64,000 bases of DNA from an uncultured delta proteobacterium (GCA_963728565.1 CAVSLC010000020.1:101605-165604), one strand, 5' to 3'; numbered from the stretch's first letter, positions 20,852-32,227 are shown. Program-made: numbers and translations. The notes: a model not told the origin generated them from the letters alone.

Positions 20852-20961
20852 CCTATAACTCCCCTATTTCAACCTTGAGACTATCGAAAACATCCTGGTC
20901 ATCGCACGACCCTGGAAAAACAATGACACCCCAACGCACCCTAGAACTCCCCTATTCAACT
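20787..20961. repeat. 88-bp tandem duplication of the purQ 5' end and its RBS
   Basis: Copies begin at 20787 and 20875 (ttgagactatcgaaaacatcctggtc...), with a few differences between them. Confidence 0.92.
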
Positions 20962-20996
20962 TTGAGGCCCCGAACCATCTCGATCCGCACGAACTA

Positions 20997-21242
20997 TCAG
21001 CCTTCAGATATTTCATAATGGAAATTTTCTATGACCGGATTTGCCAGCAGCTTGTCGCACATCTCACGGATGCGAACCTCCGCGACTTCTCGCGAATTAG
21101 CGTCTAAATTGAGCTCGACGAATTTGCCGACTCTTACATCCTGAACCTCTTGGTAGCCCAACGTATGCAGAGACTGCTCGACCGCTTTACCTTGGGGATC
21201 GAGCACGCCGTTCTTTAGTGACACAAATATTTTGACCCGCAT
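20997..21242 (-). CDS. purS: FGAM synthase subunit PurS
   Basis: LDPQGKAV, VRVGK and LLANPVIE motifs. Confidence 0.96.
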   Translation of the reverse strand: MRVKIFVSLKNGVLDPQGKAVEQSLHTLGYQEVQDVRVGKFVELNLDANSREVAEVRIREMCDKLLANPVIENFHYEISEG

Positions 21243-21276
21243 CAGCGCCTTCGGCCGGTCGTCTCCGGCGATAACT

Positions 21277-22569
21277 TTAACGGAATACCCTGCGAAAGAT
21301 GAAGTCTACATTGGCAAGATGATGCTTTAAACCCCACACCGCTTCCACCTCGCGCGCCGACAGATAGCTCGTGATCTCCCGGTCTTTTAGCAACTCATTT
21401 TTTAGCTCACCACCATCTCTAGCGATTTTCAAGGCATGGCGCTGAACCATGCGGTAAGCCGCATCTCGAGAGACGCCCTTATCGACCAGGGCGAGAAGCA
21501 CGGCCTCGGAGAAAACCGCCCCACCGCTTTTTTCCAGGTTGCGTTTCATATTCTCGGGATAGACACATAACTCTCCCAGCACATAGGTCATGCGCCGCAA
21601 CATAAAATCGAGCGCGATCGTTGCATCCGGCGCAATCACTCGTTCCACCGAAGAGTGGCTGATATCTCGCTCATGCCAAAGCGCCACATTTTCCAACGCC
21701 GCCAATGCATAAGAACGCATCAGCCGCGCCAATCCTGTTACGTTCTCGGACAAAATCGGGTTGCGTTTGTGCGGCATCGCCGATGAGCCCTTCTGCCCTG
21801 CCGTAAAGGGCTCTTCGGCCTCCTGCACCTCGGTCCGCTGCAGGTGACGGATTTCAACAGCAAACTTTTCTAGCGAACTGCCGATCACTGCCAATGTTGC
21901 AAAAAAGTACGCATGGCGGTCGCGCTGGATGATCTGATTGGATACCAATGCGGGTTTAAGTCCGCTCTTCTCACAAACATAGGCTTCAACTTTGGGAGAG
22001 ATCTGGGCGAAGGTACCGACGGCTCCCGAAATCTGACCGACGCTAATATCTTCCACGGCTTTCCTCAGCCGAACAAGATTCCTAACCATCTCTTCATACC
22101 AAAGCGCCAATTTTAAGCCGAACGTGATCGGCTCCGCATGCACGCCATGCGTGCGGCCGATCATCACCGTCGATTTATACTTGTAGGCCTGGCGGCGCAG
22201 GACCTTCATCAAGCTCTGCACATCTTCGACTAAAATCGCCGCAGCTTCTCTGAGTTGAATCGCCAGAGCCGTATCCATCACATCTGATGAGGTCATACCG
22301 AGATGAAGAAAGCGCGCATCATCGCCGATGGATTCGGCCACAGAGCTCAAAAATGCGATGACTTCGTGCTTTACCTCGCGCTCGATCTCGCGAATACGCC
22401 CGACGTCGAAGCGCGCGTTTTTCCTGATCCGGCTGATAGCTGCTTTCGGGACTTTGCCCATTTGTGCCAAGGCCTCGGCCGCCAGTATTTCGATGTCGAG
22501 CCACTTCTGAAAACTATTTTCCTCGGACCAGATCCGACCCATTTCCGGTCGTGTATAACGTGGGATCAT
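21277..22569 (-). CDS. purB: Adenylosuccinate lyase
   Basis: MIPRYTRPEM, GRTHGVHAEP and GSSAMPHKRNP motifs. Confidence 0.97.
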   Translation of the reverse strand: MIPRYTRPEMGRIWSEENSFQKWLDIEILAAEALAQMGKVPKAAISRIRKNARFDVGRIREIEREVKHEVIAFLSSVAESIGDDARFLHLGMTSSDVMDTALAIQLREAAAILVEDVQSLMKVLRRQAYKYKSTVMIGRTHGVHAEPITFGLKLALWYEEMVRNLVRLRKAVEDISVGQISGAVGTFAQISPKVEAYVCEKSGLKPALVSNQIIQRDRHAYFFATLAVIGSSLEKFAVEIRHLQRTEVQEAEEPFTAGQKGSSAMPHKRNPILSENVTGLARLMRSYALAALENVALWHERDISHSSVERVIAPDATIALDFMLRRMTYVLGELCVYPENMKRNLEKSGGAVFSEAVLLALVDKGVSRDAAYRMVQRHALKIARDGGELKNELLKDREITSYLSAREVEAVWGLKHHLANVDFIFRRVFR

Positions 22570-22633
22570 GCTTGCAGTAAGCCTGTAGTTTGATTATCGG
22601 CTGATGGTGAGTGGAGTGAAATTCGCCCGGGAC

Positions 22634-23099
22634 TCAACGTTTTCGGATCTCATCGGTATGGCCAAAGCCTCCCGCCTGCCGCTCGGAACGAGGCAATTCG
22701 CCGACTTCTTGCCAGAGCGCGCGCACAACCCGTTGAATTATCATTTGTGCGATCCTCTGTCCCGGCCGAATGATGATTGATGTCCGAACCCAAATTGATG
22801 GCGATGAGTTGGATTTCACCCCGGTAGTCCGCATCGATCGTTCCGGGGCTGTTGATTAGGGTTAGCCCTTCTTTCAAAGCAATCCCGCTACGCGGGCGAA
22901 TTTGCGCCTCGTATCCGAAAGGCAGCGCGATCGCAATTCCGGTCGGAATCAGCGTTCGCTGGAGAGGTCCCAATTGGATATCATGAGAAAGGTCGGCGCA
23001 TAGATCCATGCCGGCCGCCCCTTCTGTCATATAAGCTGGCAGTGAAGCCGGCGCGCCGCCGGGACGCACTCGCTTGATCGCTATCTGAATCTCTTCCAC
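22634..23099 (-). CDS. dut: dUTP diphosphatase, frameshift near 22780
   Basis: AAGMDL, RPRSG and [10 protein letters not shown] in one frame; RIAQMI...RQAGGFGHT in the 22634-22834 frame. Confidence 0.9.
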
Positions 23100-23126
23100 G
23101 GCGCGCGAACTCCGATCGAGGAGTGA

Positions 23127-24401
23127 CTACTGGCCGAGACCGAAGTTTTTGATTTTGCAATCTTCCTTGAAATCACCCAGCAGGGAAACTGCCATTGCCT
23201 CGGGCCGAAACAAGGCGCGCGCCAACTCGATGATTTCATCACGGGTGACAGAACGAATACGTTGACAGATCTCATCTGTGGTGATCGATTTGCCGAAGTA
23301 AAGCTCATTGCGAGCGATATGACTCATCCACGAGTCCGTGGATTCCAAGCCCAGCATGATATTTCCCACCAGTTGCCCCCGGGTGCGGCGAACCTCGTCT
23401 TCTTTAATCTCTCCGGCTGCCAGACATTTTAACTCCCTCAACACGAGATCAATGACTTCCTCAACCGCTTCTAAACTGGTGCCGGCATAGATGCCGAGAT
23501 AACCCGTATCGCTGTAGGTCGACATGAAAGAGTAAACCGAATAGGCCTTGCCGCGCTTCTCACGAATCTCCTGAAACAACCGAGAACTCATGCCGCCGCC
23601 GAGTATAGTGTTCAGGATATAGCCCGCATGTCGCTGCGGATGGGTCTGGTGAATGCCCGGCATGCCTAAACATAGATGAACCTGTTCCAACGGCTTAGCA
23701 TGGGTAAAAACGCCGCTTTTGGTTTGCGGCAAGAGCTCGGAATTGACTCGACTTGGAAGCGCTGAAACAGACTGTTTTGCGCCACCAAGACGCGCATTCA
23801 ACTCCTTCACCAGCTTATCGTGTTGGAAGTGGCCGGCGGCTGCGACAACGACTCTGCTCGGATGATATCGTTCGTGGAAGAAATTGACGAAGTGTTCCCG
23901 ACCAAACTTCGAGACAGTTCCAACATGACCGGCAATCGGTCGGCCTAGTGGGTGATTCTGGAAGAAATCCAAACTAAACAGATCGTGCACATAGTCATCC
24001 GGAGTGTCTTCAGCCTGGGAAATCTCTTGAAGAATAACCGATCTTTCACGCTCGATTTCTTCGGCGTCAAAACTTGAATTGAGAAAAATATCGGTCAGCA
24101 GATCGCTCGCCAGCGGCAGATCTTCGTCAAGCACCTTGGCGTAGTAGCAGGTGTGTTCCTTGGAAGTAAAGGCGTTCAGCAGGCCGCCCACGGCATCCAT
24201 CTCTTCGGCGATCTGCGCCGCCGTGCGTGTCGTCGTTCCCTTGAAAAGCAGATGTTCGATGAAATGGGATATGCCATTCTCATCCGGCAACTCATGACGG
24301 GAGCCATTCTCAACCCAGATCCCCAAACTCACCGAACGGTGATCGGTCATCTCTTGAGAGACAACTCGGATGCCATTATCCAAAACGCTTTTAGCAAACA
24401 T
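23127..24401 (-). CDS. M16 family zinc peptidase
   Basis: HFIEH (HxxEH), LNAFT and SSRLFQEIRE; usual position downstream of pnp. Confidence 0.93.
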   Translation of the reverse strand: MFAKSVLDNGIRVVSQEMTDHRSVSLGIWVENGSRHELPDENGISHFIEHLLFKGTTTRTAAQIAEEMDAVGGLLNAFTSKEHTCYYAKVLDEDLPLASDLLTDIFLNSSFDAEEIERERSVILQEISQAEDTPDDYVHDLFSLDFFQNHPLGRPIAGHVGTVSKFGREHFVNFFHERYHPSRVVVAAAGHFQHDKLVKELNARLGGAKQSVSALPSRVNSELLPQTKSGVFTHAKPLEQVHLCLGMPGIHQTHPQRHAGYILNTILGGGMSSRLFQEIREKRGKAYSVYSFMSTYSDTGYLGIYAGTSLEAVEEVIDLVLRELKCLAAGEIKEDEVRRTRGQLVGNIMLGLESTDSWMSHIARNELYFGKSITTDEICQRIRSVTRDEIIELARALFRPEAMAVSLLGDFKEDCKIKNFGLGQ

Positions 24402-24424
24402 AATAAAAGTACAAACCTGCAGGG

Positions 24425-26557
24425 TTATTCTTCAGGAGGGCCATCTGAGCCGCCGCCAAGGTTTGTTTGTCCCCCGCCGCTTTCTTGAAGAGCCTCTTTC
24501 CGACTAAGCCTGATCTTACCCTGGCGATCGACTTCAAGGACTTTGACCATGACCTCATCGCCCTCTTTAAGCACGTCCGCAACACGACGCACACGTTCAG
24601 GAGCAAGTTGCGAAATATGAATTAGGCCATCAGTGCCGGGGAAAATCTCGACAAAGGCACCGAAATCGACGATCTTCCGCACAGTCCCTTTGTAGATCTT
24701 CCCAACCTCCGCTTCGGCTGCGATATTCTGGACCATTTGTATAGCTTTTTGTGCAGCGGCTTCATCGCTCGAAGCGATGGTTACGGTGCCATCATCTTCA
24801 ACATCCATTTTGACACCGGTTGCTTCAATGATCCCGCGGATAACTTTGCCGCCCGGGCCGATGATTTCACGGATCTTCTCGGGTTTCACTCTGATAGTGA
24901 TGATTCGAGGCGCATGGCCCGAAACGTTCGTGCGCGGCACCGACAGAGTCTTGCCCATCTCGCCAAGAATGTGCATGCGTCCTTCCTTGGCTTGATAAAG
25001 AGCCTGGCGCATGATGTTACGATCAACACCGCTGATTTTGATGTCCATCTGGAGCGAAGTCACCCCCTCAGCGGTTCCTGCAACTTTGAAATCCATGTCG
25101 CCCAGGTGATCCTCATCGCCGAGAATGTCCGAGAGGATGCGCACATGCTCGCCTTCTTTAATCAACCCCATGGCGATGCCGGCAACTGGAGCGGAAACCG
25201 GCACACCGGCGTCCATCAAGGAAAGCGATCCTCCGCATACCGTCGCCATCGATGTTGACCCATTCGATTCCAATATCTCTGAAACGATCCGTAACGTGTA
25301 CGGGAAGCTCTCCTCCGGTGGTAAAACCGGCAGCAAAGCACGTTCGGCAAGATTGCCATGACCGATCTCACGCCGGCCCGGGCCGCGCAAGAACTTGACC
25401 TCACCGACGCTGAACGGCGGGAAATTGTAATGCAGCATGAATTTTTTGAAGTGCTCGCCGATCAAAGCGTCGACCCTCTGCTCATCGGAAGCGGTGCCGA
25501 GTGTGGTCACCACCAATGCCTGAGTCTCGCCGCGCGTAAACAGGGCGGACCCGTGGGTACGTGGCAAAACCTCGACCTCGCAACTGATCGGCCGAATATC
25601 CTTTAATCCACGGCCATCGATGCGCCGCTCCTTCTCTATCACCAAGTTTCGAAAACAATTTCTTTTAAGCTCCTCAAAGGCGCCTTTGATATCCTTAGCC
25701 TTGTCCGGATGCTCTGCCAATGCTAGCGGTACTACCTCGCCTTTCACTTCTGCGATGCGCTTGTAGCGTTCCAACTTTTCTGGGACCTCGAGCGCTTGCT
25801 TTAGTTTTGACAGAGCCAAACCTTCAAGCCGTTGGGCCGCGGCCTTATCGAGCTGCGCCAGGGGAACTTGACGTTTGGTCTTGCCGACCGCGCGCCGAAT
25901 TTCCTCCTGCATCTCCAACAACGGTTGAATCGCCTCGTGCCCGGCAAACAGCGCTTCTAGAATCTCATCCTCGGGGATTACCTGCGCGCCACCTTCAACC
26001 ATGACGATAGCCGAGCGACTCCCTGAGAGAAAGATATCCATATCGCTGTCTGAAAGCTGACTCTGCGTCGGATTCATGACTAGTTGGCCATTGATCCTGC
26101 CGATTCGGACACCTGCCAACGGACCGTTGAAAGGAATGTCCGAAACTTCTAGGGCAACCGACGCTCCAAGCATGGCGACAACGTCGGGATCGTTTTCGCG
26201 GTCGGCAGAAAGAACTGTGGCAATGATCTGGGTCTCGCAACGGAGTCCTTCCGCAAACAGCGGACGAATCGAGCGATCAATCAAACGACACGTAAGGATC
26301 TCCTTTTCCGACGGTCGCCCCTCGCGCTTGAAAAACCCGCCGGGAATTTTTCCGGCGGCAAACGTTTTCTCCTGGTAATCGACCGTCAGGGGAAAGAAAT
26401 CCGTGTCCAGTTTAAAATCTTTGGCAGCTACAGCAGTAGCCAAAACCACAGTTTCGCCGTAGCGAACCAAGGCCGCACCATCGGCCTGCTTTGCCACGCG
26501 ACCGACCTCGATGGACAAAGGTCGACCGTGAAAATCCAATTCAATTTTCTTGATCAT
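24425..26557 (-). CDS. pnp: Polyribonucleotide nucleotidyltransferase
   Basis: [31 protein letters not shown]; KH and S1 domains. Confidence 0.98.
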   Translation of the reverse strand: MIKKIELDFHGRPLSIEVGRVAKQADGAALVRYGETVVLATAVAAKDFKLDTDFFPLTVDYQEKTFAAGKIPGGFFKREGRPSEKEILTCRLIDRSIRPLFAEGLRCETQIIATVLSADRENDPDVVAMLGASVALEVSDIPFNGPLAGVRIGRINGQLVMNPTQSQLSDSDMDIFLSGSRSAIVMVEGGAQVIPEDEILEALFAGHEAIQPLLEMQEEIRRAVGKTKRQVPLAQLDKAAAQRLEGLALSKLKQALEVPEKLERYKRIAEVKGEVVPLALAEHPDKAKDIKGAFEELKRNCFRNLVIEKERRIDGRGLKDIRPISCEVEVLPRTHGSALFTRGETQALVVTTLGTASDEQRVDALIGEHFKKFMLHYNFPPFSVGEVKFLRGPGRREIGHGNLAERALLPVLPPEESFPYTLRIVSEILESNGSTSMATVCGGSLSLMDAGVPVSAPVAGIAMGLIKEGEHVRILSDILGDEDHLGDMDFKVAGTAEGVTSLQMDIKISGVDRNIMRQALYQAKEGRMHILGEMGKTLSVPRTNVSGHAPRIITIRVKPEKIREIIGPGGKVIRGIIEATGVKMDVEDDGTVTIASSDEAAAQKAIQMVQNIAAEAEVGKIYKGTVRKIVDFGAFVEIFPGTDGLIHISQLAPERVRRVADVLKEGDEVMVKVLEVDRQGKIRLSRKEALQESGGGQTNLGGGSDGPPEE

Positions 26558-26625
26558 AGACGCTCCTCTAAAGTGAGAGGTGCTTGACGGAGGGTAAGGA
26601 TGGAGGGCAATCGGTTAGGAAACCG

Positions 26626-26895
26626 TTACTTCCTTATTCCAAGTCGTTGGATTAGAACCTGATATCGTTCGAAATCGGATTTCTTCAGATAATCAAGGAG
26701 CCTTCTCCGTTGGCCTACCAGCTTTAATAGGCCCCGACGGGAATGATGATCTTTAGCATGAATCTTGAAGTGCTCGGTAAGATATTCGATGCGCTGACTC
26801 AAAAGCGCGACTTGCACTTCAGGAGAGCCGGTATCGCTCTGATGGACCCTGAACTGCTCGATAACCCCCTGCTTTTGCTGTGGAGCAATTCCCAT
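26626..26895 (-). CDS. rpsO: 30S ribosomal protein S15
   Basis: [10 protein letters not shown] and [20 protein letters not shown]. Confidence 0.98.
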   Translation of the reverse strand: MGIAPQQKQGVIEQFRVHQSDTGSPEVQVALLSQRIEYLTEHFKIHAKDHHSRRGLLKLVGQRRRLLDYLKKSDFERYQVLIQRLGIRK

Positions 26896-27100
26896 GTTCT
26901 CCGCTTTTTCTCTCTTTCCTTTTTATTATCGACATTTTCTAACATAGTGACCTGATATTGTAAAGCTGCAACTACGCCGAGCGGCTTGGCGGCGCGCAGT
27001 TGGCACGCATTGAGGTTTTTAGCCCGCAAATCGGCGGATCCGAGATCTAAAAACATATTAAAGACGTTTTTTTGTCAGATGGTTATGGTAAAATTCGTCT

Positions 27101-27712
27101 ATGAGAACTTCGATCGCTGCTGCGCTGTTACAAATTCTGCTCCTCGTTTTGATCTCTCGCTCGCATGCAGCGGATTTCTTTCGTTGGATCGACCAGAACG
27201 GGGTGGTCCATTTCACCGATAATATCCATAATATTCCGGAAGCACGCCGATCATCGGCAGTTCGAATCAAAGGGCAAAAGCCGGCCAGACCCGCGGCGCT
27301 TTCAAAGGTTTCGCCAGCAACCGCCGCCAAGGCATCCATCCCTTTTGAAAAACGTGGACAGGTGGTTGTCGTGGAGGTGATGCTTAATAACACGGTGCCC
27401 GTCAGATTGGTTGTCGATACCGGCGCCACCTATACAATGATTTCAGCGGCGACAGCCAAAGAGTTAAGCATCGATCCGCAGCGCGCTCAGCGCACGATGC
27501 CCTTTCAAACCGCGAACGGCGTCATCCAAGCACCCCTTGCCAATTTGGAATCGGTGATAGTGGGCGGAATGGAAATGAAAAACCTTACCGCAGCGATTCA
27601 CGACGCTGTGCCAAGCGCCCAAGTCGCCGGTCTTCTCGGTCTCAATTTCCTTAGCAACTTTCGATTGGATATAGATACCGAGAAAGGCATGCTCCATTTG
27701 GAGCGAAAATAA
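27101..27712 (+). CDS. Secreted DUF4124 + retropepsin-like aspartyl protease
   Basis: Signal peptide, FRWIDQNGVVHFTD, LVVDTGAT and GLLGLNFL. Confidence 0.88.
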   Translation: MRTSIAAALLQILLLVLISRSHAADFFRWIDQNGVVHFTDNIHNIPEARRSSAVRIKGQKPARPAALSKVSPATAAKASIPFEKRGQVVVVEVMLNNTVPVRLVVDTGATYTMISAATAKELSIDPQRAQRTMPFQTANGVIQAPLANLESVIVGGMEMKNLTAAIHDAVPSAQVAGLLGLNFLSNFRLDIDTEKGMLHLERK

Positions 27713-27813
27713 TCAGCGCCAGTCACATTAAAGTTCGGTCGATACTGGCCCGGGTATCATTTCTCCGGGTGACCGCGCTTGAATACCTGAAAGCGCTTAA
27801 CGGCCCGTTTCTC

Positions 27814-27845
27814 AAACAAAGGGGCGATGGATCAACCACCGCCCC
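27814..27845 (-). terminator. Intrinsic terminator of nrdJ
   Basis: ggggcgatgg / ccaccgcccc hairpin followed by TTTGTTT on the minus strand. Confidence 0.65.
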
Positions 27846-27875
27846 GTGTTTCTGCCATACCCGAGACAAGCAATC

Positions 27876-30647
27876 TCAGGAACAACCACTAACAGCACCG
27901 CAGTTCAGGCACTTATAGCAAGCGCCGCTGCGAATCATGATGGCACCGCAATCCGGACAAGGTGGCGCATCTTGCTGGTAAAGGCTGGTGACACTGCTGA
28001 TACTCGTCACCGGCGCCCCGCCTCGAGGCGTCTGAGGAACAATCGACACCACCTTCTTAGAAACCGCGACTTCCTTGTCTTCCGTCTCTTGCTTGACGAC
28101 ACCGATCTCCCGCTGGGCTTCGCCGTCGAGAAACTTGGTTGCCAGCCACCTGAAGATGTAATCCATAATCGACTTGGCCATCGGAATATCCGGATTTTTG
28201 GTAAACCCCGAAGGTTCGAAGCGCATATGGCTGAACTTGTCCACCAACCCTCTTAGCGGCACGCCGTACTGAAGTGCTATCGAAATCGCCGTGGCAAAGG
28301 AATCCATCAGCCCCGAAATGGTTGAACCCTCTTTGGACATGGTGATGAAGATTTCTCCGGGCTGGCCGTCTTCGTACATGCCGGCGATGATATAGCCCTC
28401 ATGACCGGCGATATCGAACTTGTGTGTAATCGAGCGCCGTTCGTCCGGCAGCTTGCGCCGCAGCGGCCGCGTCTCCTTGTTTTCAGCCGTGCCGCTTTTG
28501 GTGTCGTCCTTGTCCTTCGACGTATTGAGCGGCTGGGTGCGTTTCGAACCATCCCGGTAGATCGCCACCGCTTTCAATCCGAGCTTCCAGGACTCCATGT
28601 ATGCTTGAATGATGTCTTCTACCGTCGCCTCGTTCGGCATATTGATCGTCTTGGAGATCGCCCCCGATATAAACGGCTGCACCGCTCCCATCATTCTGAT
28701 GTGTCCCATGTAATTAATCGTACGAATGCCGTTGGCCGGCTTGAAGGCACAGTCGAAGACAGCGAGATCTTCGTCGTTTAGGTGCGGCGCGCCCTCAATG
28801 GTCTCATGCTCTTCAATGTACTCGACGATGTCTTGAATTTGCTTGACGTCATACCCCAGACGCTTAAGCGCCCGAGCCACTGTGTTATTGACGATCTTCA
28901 AGAGTCCGCCGCCTACCAGCTTCTTGTATTTGATCAGAGCGATATCCGGCTCCACTCCCGTGGTGTCGCAATCCATCATGAAGGCAATCGTGCCAGTGGG
29001 CGCGAGCACCGAGATCTGCGAATTTTTCACGCCATGCGTTTCGGCCTCTCCGCAGGTCTGATCCCACGACTCGCGCGCCGCCGTCAGAAGATCCAACGGC
29101 ACGTGCGCTGACGAGATCTTGTACGCATGAGAGCGATGTTTGTTGAGCACTCGCAGCATCGGCTCCCGATTGACGTCATATCCCGCGAAAGTTCCTGTGG
29201 CCCCAGCGATGCGCGCCGATTGAAGATACCCTTCTCCCGACATCAGTGCGGTCACGGCGGATGCGTAGCCGCGGCCGGCATCGGAATCATAGGGTAGGCC
29301 CAAGGACATCAGCAATGCGCCGAGATTAGCGTAGCCCAATCCCAACTCGCGAAAGGCATGGGCATTGGCGGTAATCTCCGGGGTCGGATAAGAAGAATTA
29401 TCGACCAGAATGTCTTGCGCGAGCACGATAATGTCGACCGCGCGGCGAAAAGATTCTGTGTCGAAAACGCCGTCTTCACGCAAAAACTTCAACAAGTTCA
29501 AGGAAGCTAGATTGCAAGCCGAATTGTCCAGATGCATGTATTCGGAGCACGGATTGGAGGCGTTGATCCTGCCGGTGCCGGAACAGGTATGCCAATCGTT
29601 GATGGTCGTATCGTATTGCATTCCGGGATCACCGCAGAAGTAAGTGCTCTCGGCAATCATGCGCATCAAATCACGCGCCTTATAGGTAGCGCTGACTTCG
29701 CCGCTTTTGACGAAGCGAGTCTTCCATTCACGATCGTCTTGCACGGCCTGCATAAAGTCATCAGTGACACGGACCGAGTTATTGGCGTTTTGAAAGAACA
29801 CGCTGCCGTAGGCCGGACCATCCAAGCTGGAATCGTATCCCGCTTCGATCAAAGCCCAAGCCTTCTTCTCCTCTTCAACTTTGCATTTGACAAACTCCTC
29901 GATATCGGGATGATCCACGTTGAGAACCACCATCTTCGCGGCTCGCCTAGTTTTGCCGCCTGATTTGATCACGCCGGCGGAGGCATCAGCCGCTTTCATG
30001 AAGGAGACTGGACCGGAAGCAGTGCCGCCGCCGGCGAGTTGCTCTTTAGCGGAGCGGATCTTCGAAAGATTCACGCCGGAACCAGAACCGCCTTTAAAGA
30101 TGATTCCTTCCTTGCGGTACCAATCGAGGATTGATTCCATCGTGTCATCGACAGAAAGAATAAAGCAGGCCGAGCACTGCGGCTTCTCCTCGATGCCGCA
30201 ATTGAACCAAACGGGGCTGTTGAAGCAGGCCTTCTGGTGGACCAGAATGTGAGTTAATTCATCGTGAAAGCTCTGGGCATCCTCCTCCGTGGCAAAGTAG
30301 CCATCTTTAGTGCCCCACCGCGTGATCGTATCGACCACCCGGCCGATCATCTGCCGGACGCTGTATTCCCGTTGAGGACTGCCGATCGGACCACGAAAAT
30401 ATTTTGAGACCACGACATTGGTGGCCATGAGCGACCACGTTTTCGGAATTTCTACATTGTTCTGTTCGAAAACCACCTTGCCCTTCTCGTTTGTGATCGA
30501 TGCGGAACGAATTTCCCAATCGATTTCGTCGTACGGATTGACACCCGCCCGGGTAAAATAGCGGCTAACCTTGATACCGCTTTTGCGCTTGAGCTGGGCC
30601 GGATTTAAGCTAGGAATATCGGTGCTTTGTGGCATCATGGTCGCCAT
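27876..30647 (-). CDS. nrdJ: Class II (B12-dependent) ribonucleotide reductase
   Basis: FNSPVWFN, CSACF, NASNPCSE, LGLGYANLG, APTGT; C-terminal CPDC...CLNC. Confidence 0.95.
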   Translation of the reverse strand: MATMMPQSTDIPSLNPAQLKRKSGIKVSRYFTRAGVNPYDEIDWEIRSASITNEKGKVVFEQNNVEIPKTWSLMATNVVVSKYFRGPIGSPQREYSVRQMIGRVVDTITRWGTKDGYFATEEDAQSFHDELTHILVHQKACFNSPVWFNCGIEEKPQCSACFILSVDDTMESILDWYRKEGIIFKGGSGSGVNLSKIRSAKEQLAGGGTASGPVSFMKAADASAGVIKSGGKTRRAAKMVVLNVDHPDIEEFVKCKVEEEKKAWALIEAGYDSSLDGPAYGSVFFQNANNSVRVTDDFMQAVQDDREWKTRFVKSGEVSATYKARDLMRMIAESTYFCGDPGMQYDTTINDWHTCSGTGRINASNPCSEYMHLDNSACNLASLNLLKFLREDGVFDTESFRRAVDIIVLAQDILVDNSSYPTPEITANAHAFRELGLGYANLGALLMSLGLPYDSDAGRGYASAVTALMSGEGYLQSARIAGATGTFAGYDVNREPMLRVLNKHRSHAYKISSAHVPLDLLTAARESWDQTCGEAETHGVKNSQISVLAPTGTIAFMMDCDTTGVEPDIALIKYKKLVGGGLLKIVNNTVARALKRLGYDVKQIQDIVEYIEEHETIEGAPHLNDEDLAVFDCAFKPANGIRTINYMGHIRMMGAVQPFISGAISKTINMPNEATVEDIIQAYMESWKLGLKAVAIYRDGSKRTQPLNTSKDKDDTKSGTAENKETRPLRRKLPDERRSITHKFDIAGHEGYIIAGMYEDGQPGEIFITMSKEGSTISGLMDSFATAISIALQYGVPLRGLVDKFSHMRFEPSGFTKNPDIPMAKSIMDYIFRWLATKFLDGEAQREIGVVKQETEDKEVAVSKKVVSIVPQTPRGGAPVTSISSVTSLYQQDAPPCPDCGAIMIRSGACYKCLNCGAVSGCS

Positions 30648-30673
30648 GGTAGTATCTCCCTTCGGTCGATAAA

Positions 30674-30720
30674 TATCAATATGTAGTATGAGACGCGGCG
30701 GAACGCACTAGATTTTGTAT
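30674..30720. promoter_or_regulatory. Tandem NrdR boxes
   Basis: tatCAATATGTAGtat (30674) and gcaCTAGATTTTGtat (30705), 31 bp apart, directly upstream of nrdJ; match the acaCwAtATaTwGtgt consensus with mismatches. Confidence 0.8.
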
Positions 30721-30867
30721 AGTTAAAATTTTTGTCAATTTTTGTCAAGGAATTTTTTTGATCGCTTGGTTTCACTAGAATTTACCGGACTTCTGTGACA
30801 CTGCCGGTAATAAAAACGTTATAATCGCAATTATGCTTTTGCTAAATTCGCGGCTGGGTTATCCAAA

Positions 30868-31341
30868 ATGGGAAGAAAAACACCGCCGACAATAGATCGG
30901 GTGGGCGAGGTTCTGGGCAATTCGTTGAAGCGCCTGGATCTCTCCCATCGACTCAATGAATACGGTGTATGGCCGATATGGAACGAAGTCGTCGGCAAGA
31001 CTATCGCCGTAAACGCGCAGCCCGAAAAAATCCGCAACGGCACATTGTTTGTCAAAGTGACAAGTTCCGTTTGGATGCAGCAGTTGCAGTTCATGAAAGA
31101 GATGATCGCGGAAAAATTAAATAACCGGCTCAACCGAGAAGTCGTCAAGAATATTTTCTTCGTCGTCGGCCGGATTGATTCACCCGGACCGGCAGAAACC
31201 CCGAGTACGGCTGCTGGACCCGCCATCGATGAGGAGCCGAAAATCGACGAGCAATTTCTCGAGTCGGTCTCCGACCCCGAGTTACGTCAAGCCTTTAAGA
31301 AACTGCTAAAGAGTTATTCGCGCCGGCGCGGGCGAGGGTAA
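30868..31341 (+). CDS. DUF721 / DciA-like protein
   Basis: WNEVVG..IA, GTLFVKVTSSVWMQQLQFMK. Confidence 0.85.
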   Translation: MGRKTPPTIDRVGEVLGNSLKRLDLSHRLNEYGVWPIWNEVVGKTIAVNAQPEKIRNGTLFVKVTSSVWMQQLQFMKEMIAEKLNNRLNREVVKNIFFVVGRIDSPGPAETPSTAAGPAIDEEPKIDEQFLESVSDPELRQAFKKLLKSYSRRRGRG

Positions 31342-31393
31342 GCAGCAGAGGCCAACTGCCGACAGCTGTTTCCAAGCCACAGGCTGATCCACT

Positions 31394-32227
31394 CTAGAAA
31401 GAACTCTTACGCCCGGCCGCTATCGCGTTCAGTTCCGCGCTATATTTCTTGGCGGAATCATAGATGATTAACGGCGGCAGGATATCGACGCCTTTTCGCC
31501 CGCCCTTAACGGCTTCGACCAGAACCATCGATGCCTTGGCATCGGAAAAAGCATGAACGCTTCGCAGGCGCTTCGGTTCAAGCCCGGCGCTTCGCATCGT
31601 GCTCACTAAATCGACCGTGCGATCTCCCAGATGAATACATGCAAAGCAGCCTTTATTCTTTGCCAAGAACGCTGCGGCCCTGACAAAATCATCGAGACTG
31701 GCTTTGATTTCGTGACGAGCAATTTGCTTTTCGCAAGAAAAGCTCAAACGGCCGCTACTGGTTTGCCGGTAAGGAGGATTACAGACGATTACGTCGAAGC
31801 TTTCAGGTTTGAAACGCTCCACGGTCATTGCAATATCGATTTGCGCGATTACGATACGATCTTCGTAGCCGTTGAGGCGAATGTTTCGCGCCGCGCGATC
31901 CGCCATCTGCCGCTGAATCTCGACTCCTGTAAGCGAGATCGACGGATAACGGTAGGCCAAGATCAGCGGCACCACTCCGTTACCAGTGCCCAAGTCGATC
32001 ACTTTATTTCCGGATCGAATTGTCACGAAATCGGCCAATAGAATGGAATCGATGGAAAATCGATAACCCTGCTTCTTCTGATATAGCTGCAGGGCGCCGC
32101 CGAAAAGCGCATCCAGTGTCTCATCACTTGCCGGACCCGCCGATGAAAACGCCGCAGCAGAGAATCGGCCGGGCCGCGCCGGTTGTGCGTCGGCATCTAT
32201 CTCGCTCGTACCAAAAATCTTTTTCAT
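31394..32227 (-). CDS. tRNA1(Val) A37-N6 methyltransferase family
   Basis: GYRFSIDSILLA, DLGTGNG, NPPY and IARHE; start uncertain. Confidence 0.88.
   Translation of the reverse strand: MKKIFGTSEIDADAQPARPGRFSAAAFSSAGPASDETLDALFGGALQLYQKKQGYRFSIDSILLADFVTIRSGNKVIDLGTGNGVVPLILAYRYPSISLTGVEIQRQMADRAARNIRLNGYEDRIVIAQIDIAMTVERFKPESFDVIVCNPPYRQTSSGRLSFSCEKQIARHEIKASLDDFVRAAAFLAKNKGCFACIHLGDRTVDLVSTMRSAGLEPKRLRSVHAFSDAKASMVLVEAVKGGRKGVDILPPLIIYDSAKKYSAELNAIAAGRKSSF

Noticed and set aside
22634-23099. dut as a pseudogene
   Set aside because: A single indel with all motifs intact; probably a sequencing error
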